This document shows positions 39,768-40,000 of a DNA stretch of 40,000 nucleotides, piece after piece. The position numbers and the translations under genes were made by a program. Numbering within the stretch: the stretch's first letter is position 1; every line of letters starts with the position of its first letter. Source of the stretch: Dryocola sp. BD586 (GTDB lineage Bacteria; Pseudomonadota; Gammaproteobacteria; Enterobacterales; Enterobacteriaceae); assembly GCF_051307045.1 (NCBI RefSeq), contig NZ_CP150452.1:421287-461286 (forward strand), given 5' to 3'. The notes under the pieces are model-generated. The model saw only the letters and a program-made list of their open reading frames with translations. It made no database searches and had not been told where the DNA came from.

Positions 39768-40000
39768 TTACCGGAGAGAGTCTTTACCCTGAATCCGCAG
39801 GGCTACCCGAGCCGCTGATTAACGCCATTCGTCTGGCGCTTGCGCACAAACCGGAGCATATGGCGCCGGGCAGCTATCCCCTGCGGGGCGAGACGCTGTT
39901 TATGAACGTTATGGAATTTTCCACCCAGCCGCCGGATGCGAAAAAAGCGGAGCAGCATCGGGAGTACATTGATATTCAGGTGCTGTTAAAGGGACGGGAG
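39764..40000 (+). CDS. yhcH: YhcH/NanQ (DUF386) sialic-acid anomerase-like protein (partial; continues beyond the window)
   Basis: The ATG at 39764 overlaps the nanK stop (ATGA). The translation [79 protein letters not shown] parallels E. coli YhcH (…FMNVMTF.TQ…KKAE.H..YIDIQ.LL.G.E). The frame is open to the window edge and so is absent from the ORF track. Confidence 0.85.
   Translation, partial: MITGESLYPESAGLPEPLINAIRLALAHKPEHMAPGSYPLRGETLFMNVMEFSTQPPDAKKAEQHREYIDIQVLLKGRE

Overview
This window is a contiguous, syntenic stretch of Enterobacteriaceae core chromosome with high GC (upper 50s % by eye). All gene identifications rest on my recall of the E. coli K-12 orthologue sequences. Gene order: prmA(partial)-panF-yhdT-accC-accB-aroQ-msrQ-msrP (all minus) | csrD-mreBCD-yhdE(maf)-rng-yhdP-tldD (plus) | aaeR (minus) / aaeXAB (plus) | GabD-like aldehyde dehydrogenase, yhcO (plus) | two tandem YhcN/DUF1471 genes, argR (minus) | mdh (plus) | degS, degQ, yhcB (minus) | zapE, rplM-rpsI, sspAB, nanR, nanA-nanT-nanK-yhcH(partial) (plus). 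I found no tRNA/rRNA, CRISPR array, IS/transposase, integrase, prophage or recognisable defence or toxin cluster. I do not see a convincing novel system and regard this as an ordinary housekeeping region. The most striking signal is technical. Eight conserved genes, including essential rplM, are each broken by exactly one extra C in a GGCC(C) context. The extra base is always a C on the given strand, whatever the gene orientation, which points to a systematic sequencing or assembly error rather than real pseudogenes. Three content differences from E. coli K-12 stand out, as I remember that genome. An orphan GabD-like dehydrogenase sits between aaeB and yhcO. There is a second YhcN-family paralogue. 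The sialic-acid cluster lacks nanE (nanR-nanA-nanT-nanK-yhcH), which I recall as the Cronobacter sakazakii arrangement; that taxonomic guess is inference only. Recognisable regulatory sites are the triple GGTATA NanR operator with a CRP site upstream of nanA, ARG boxes upstream of argR, and several clean rho-independent terminators.
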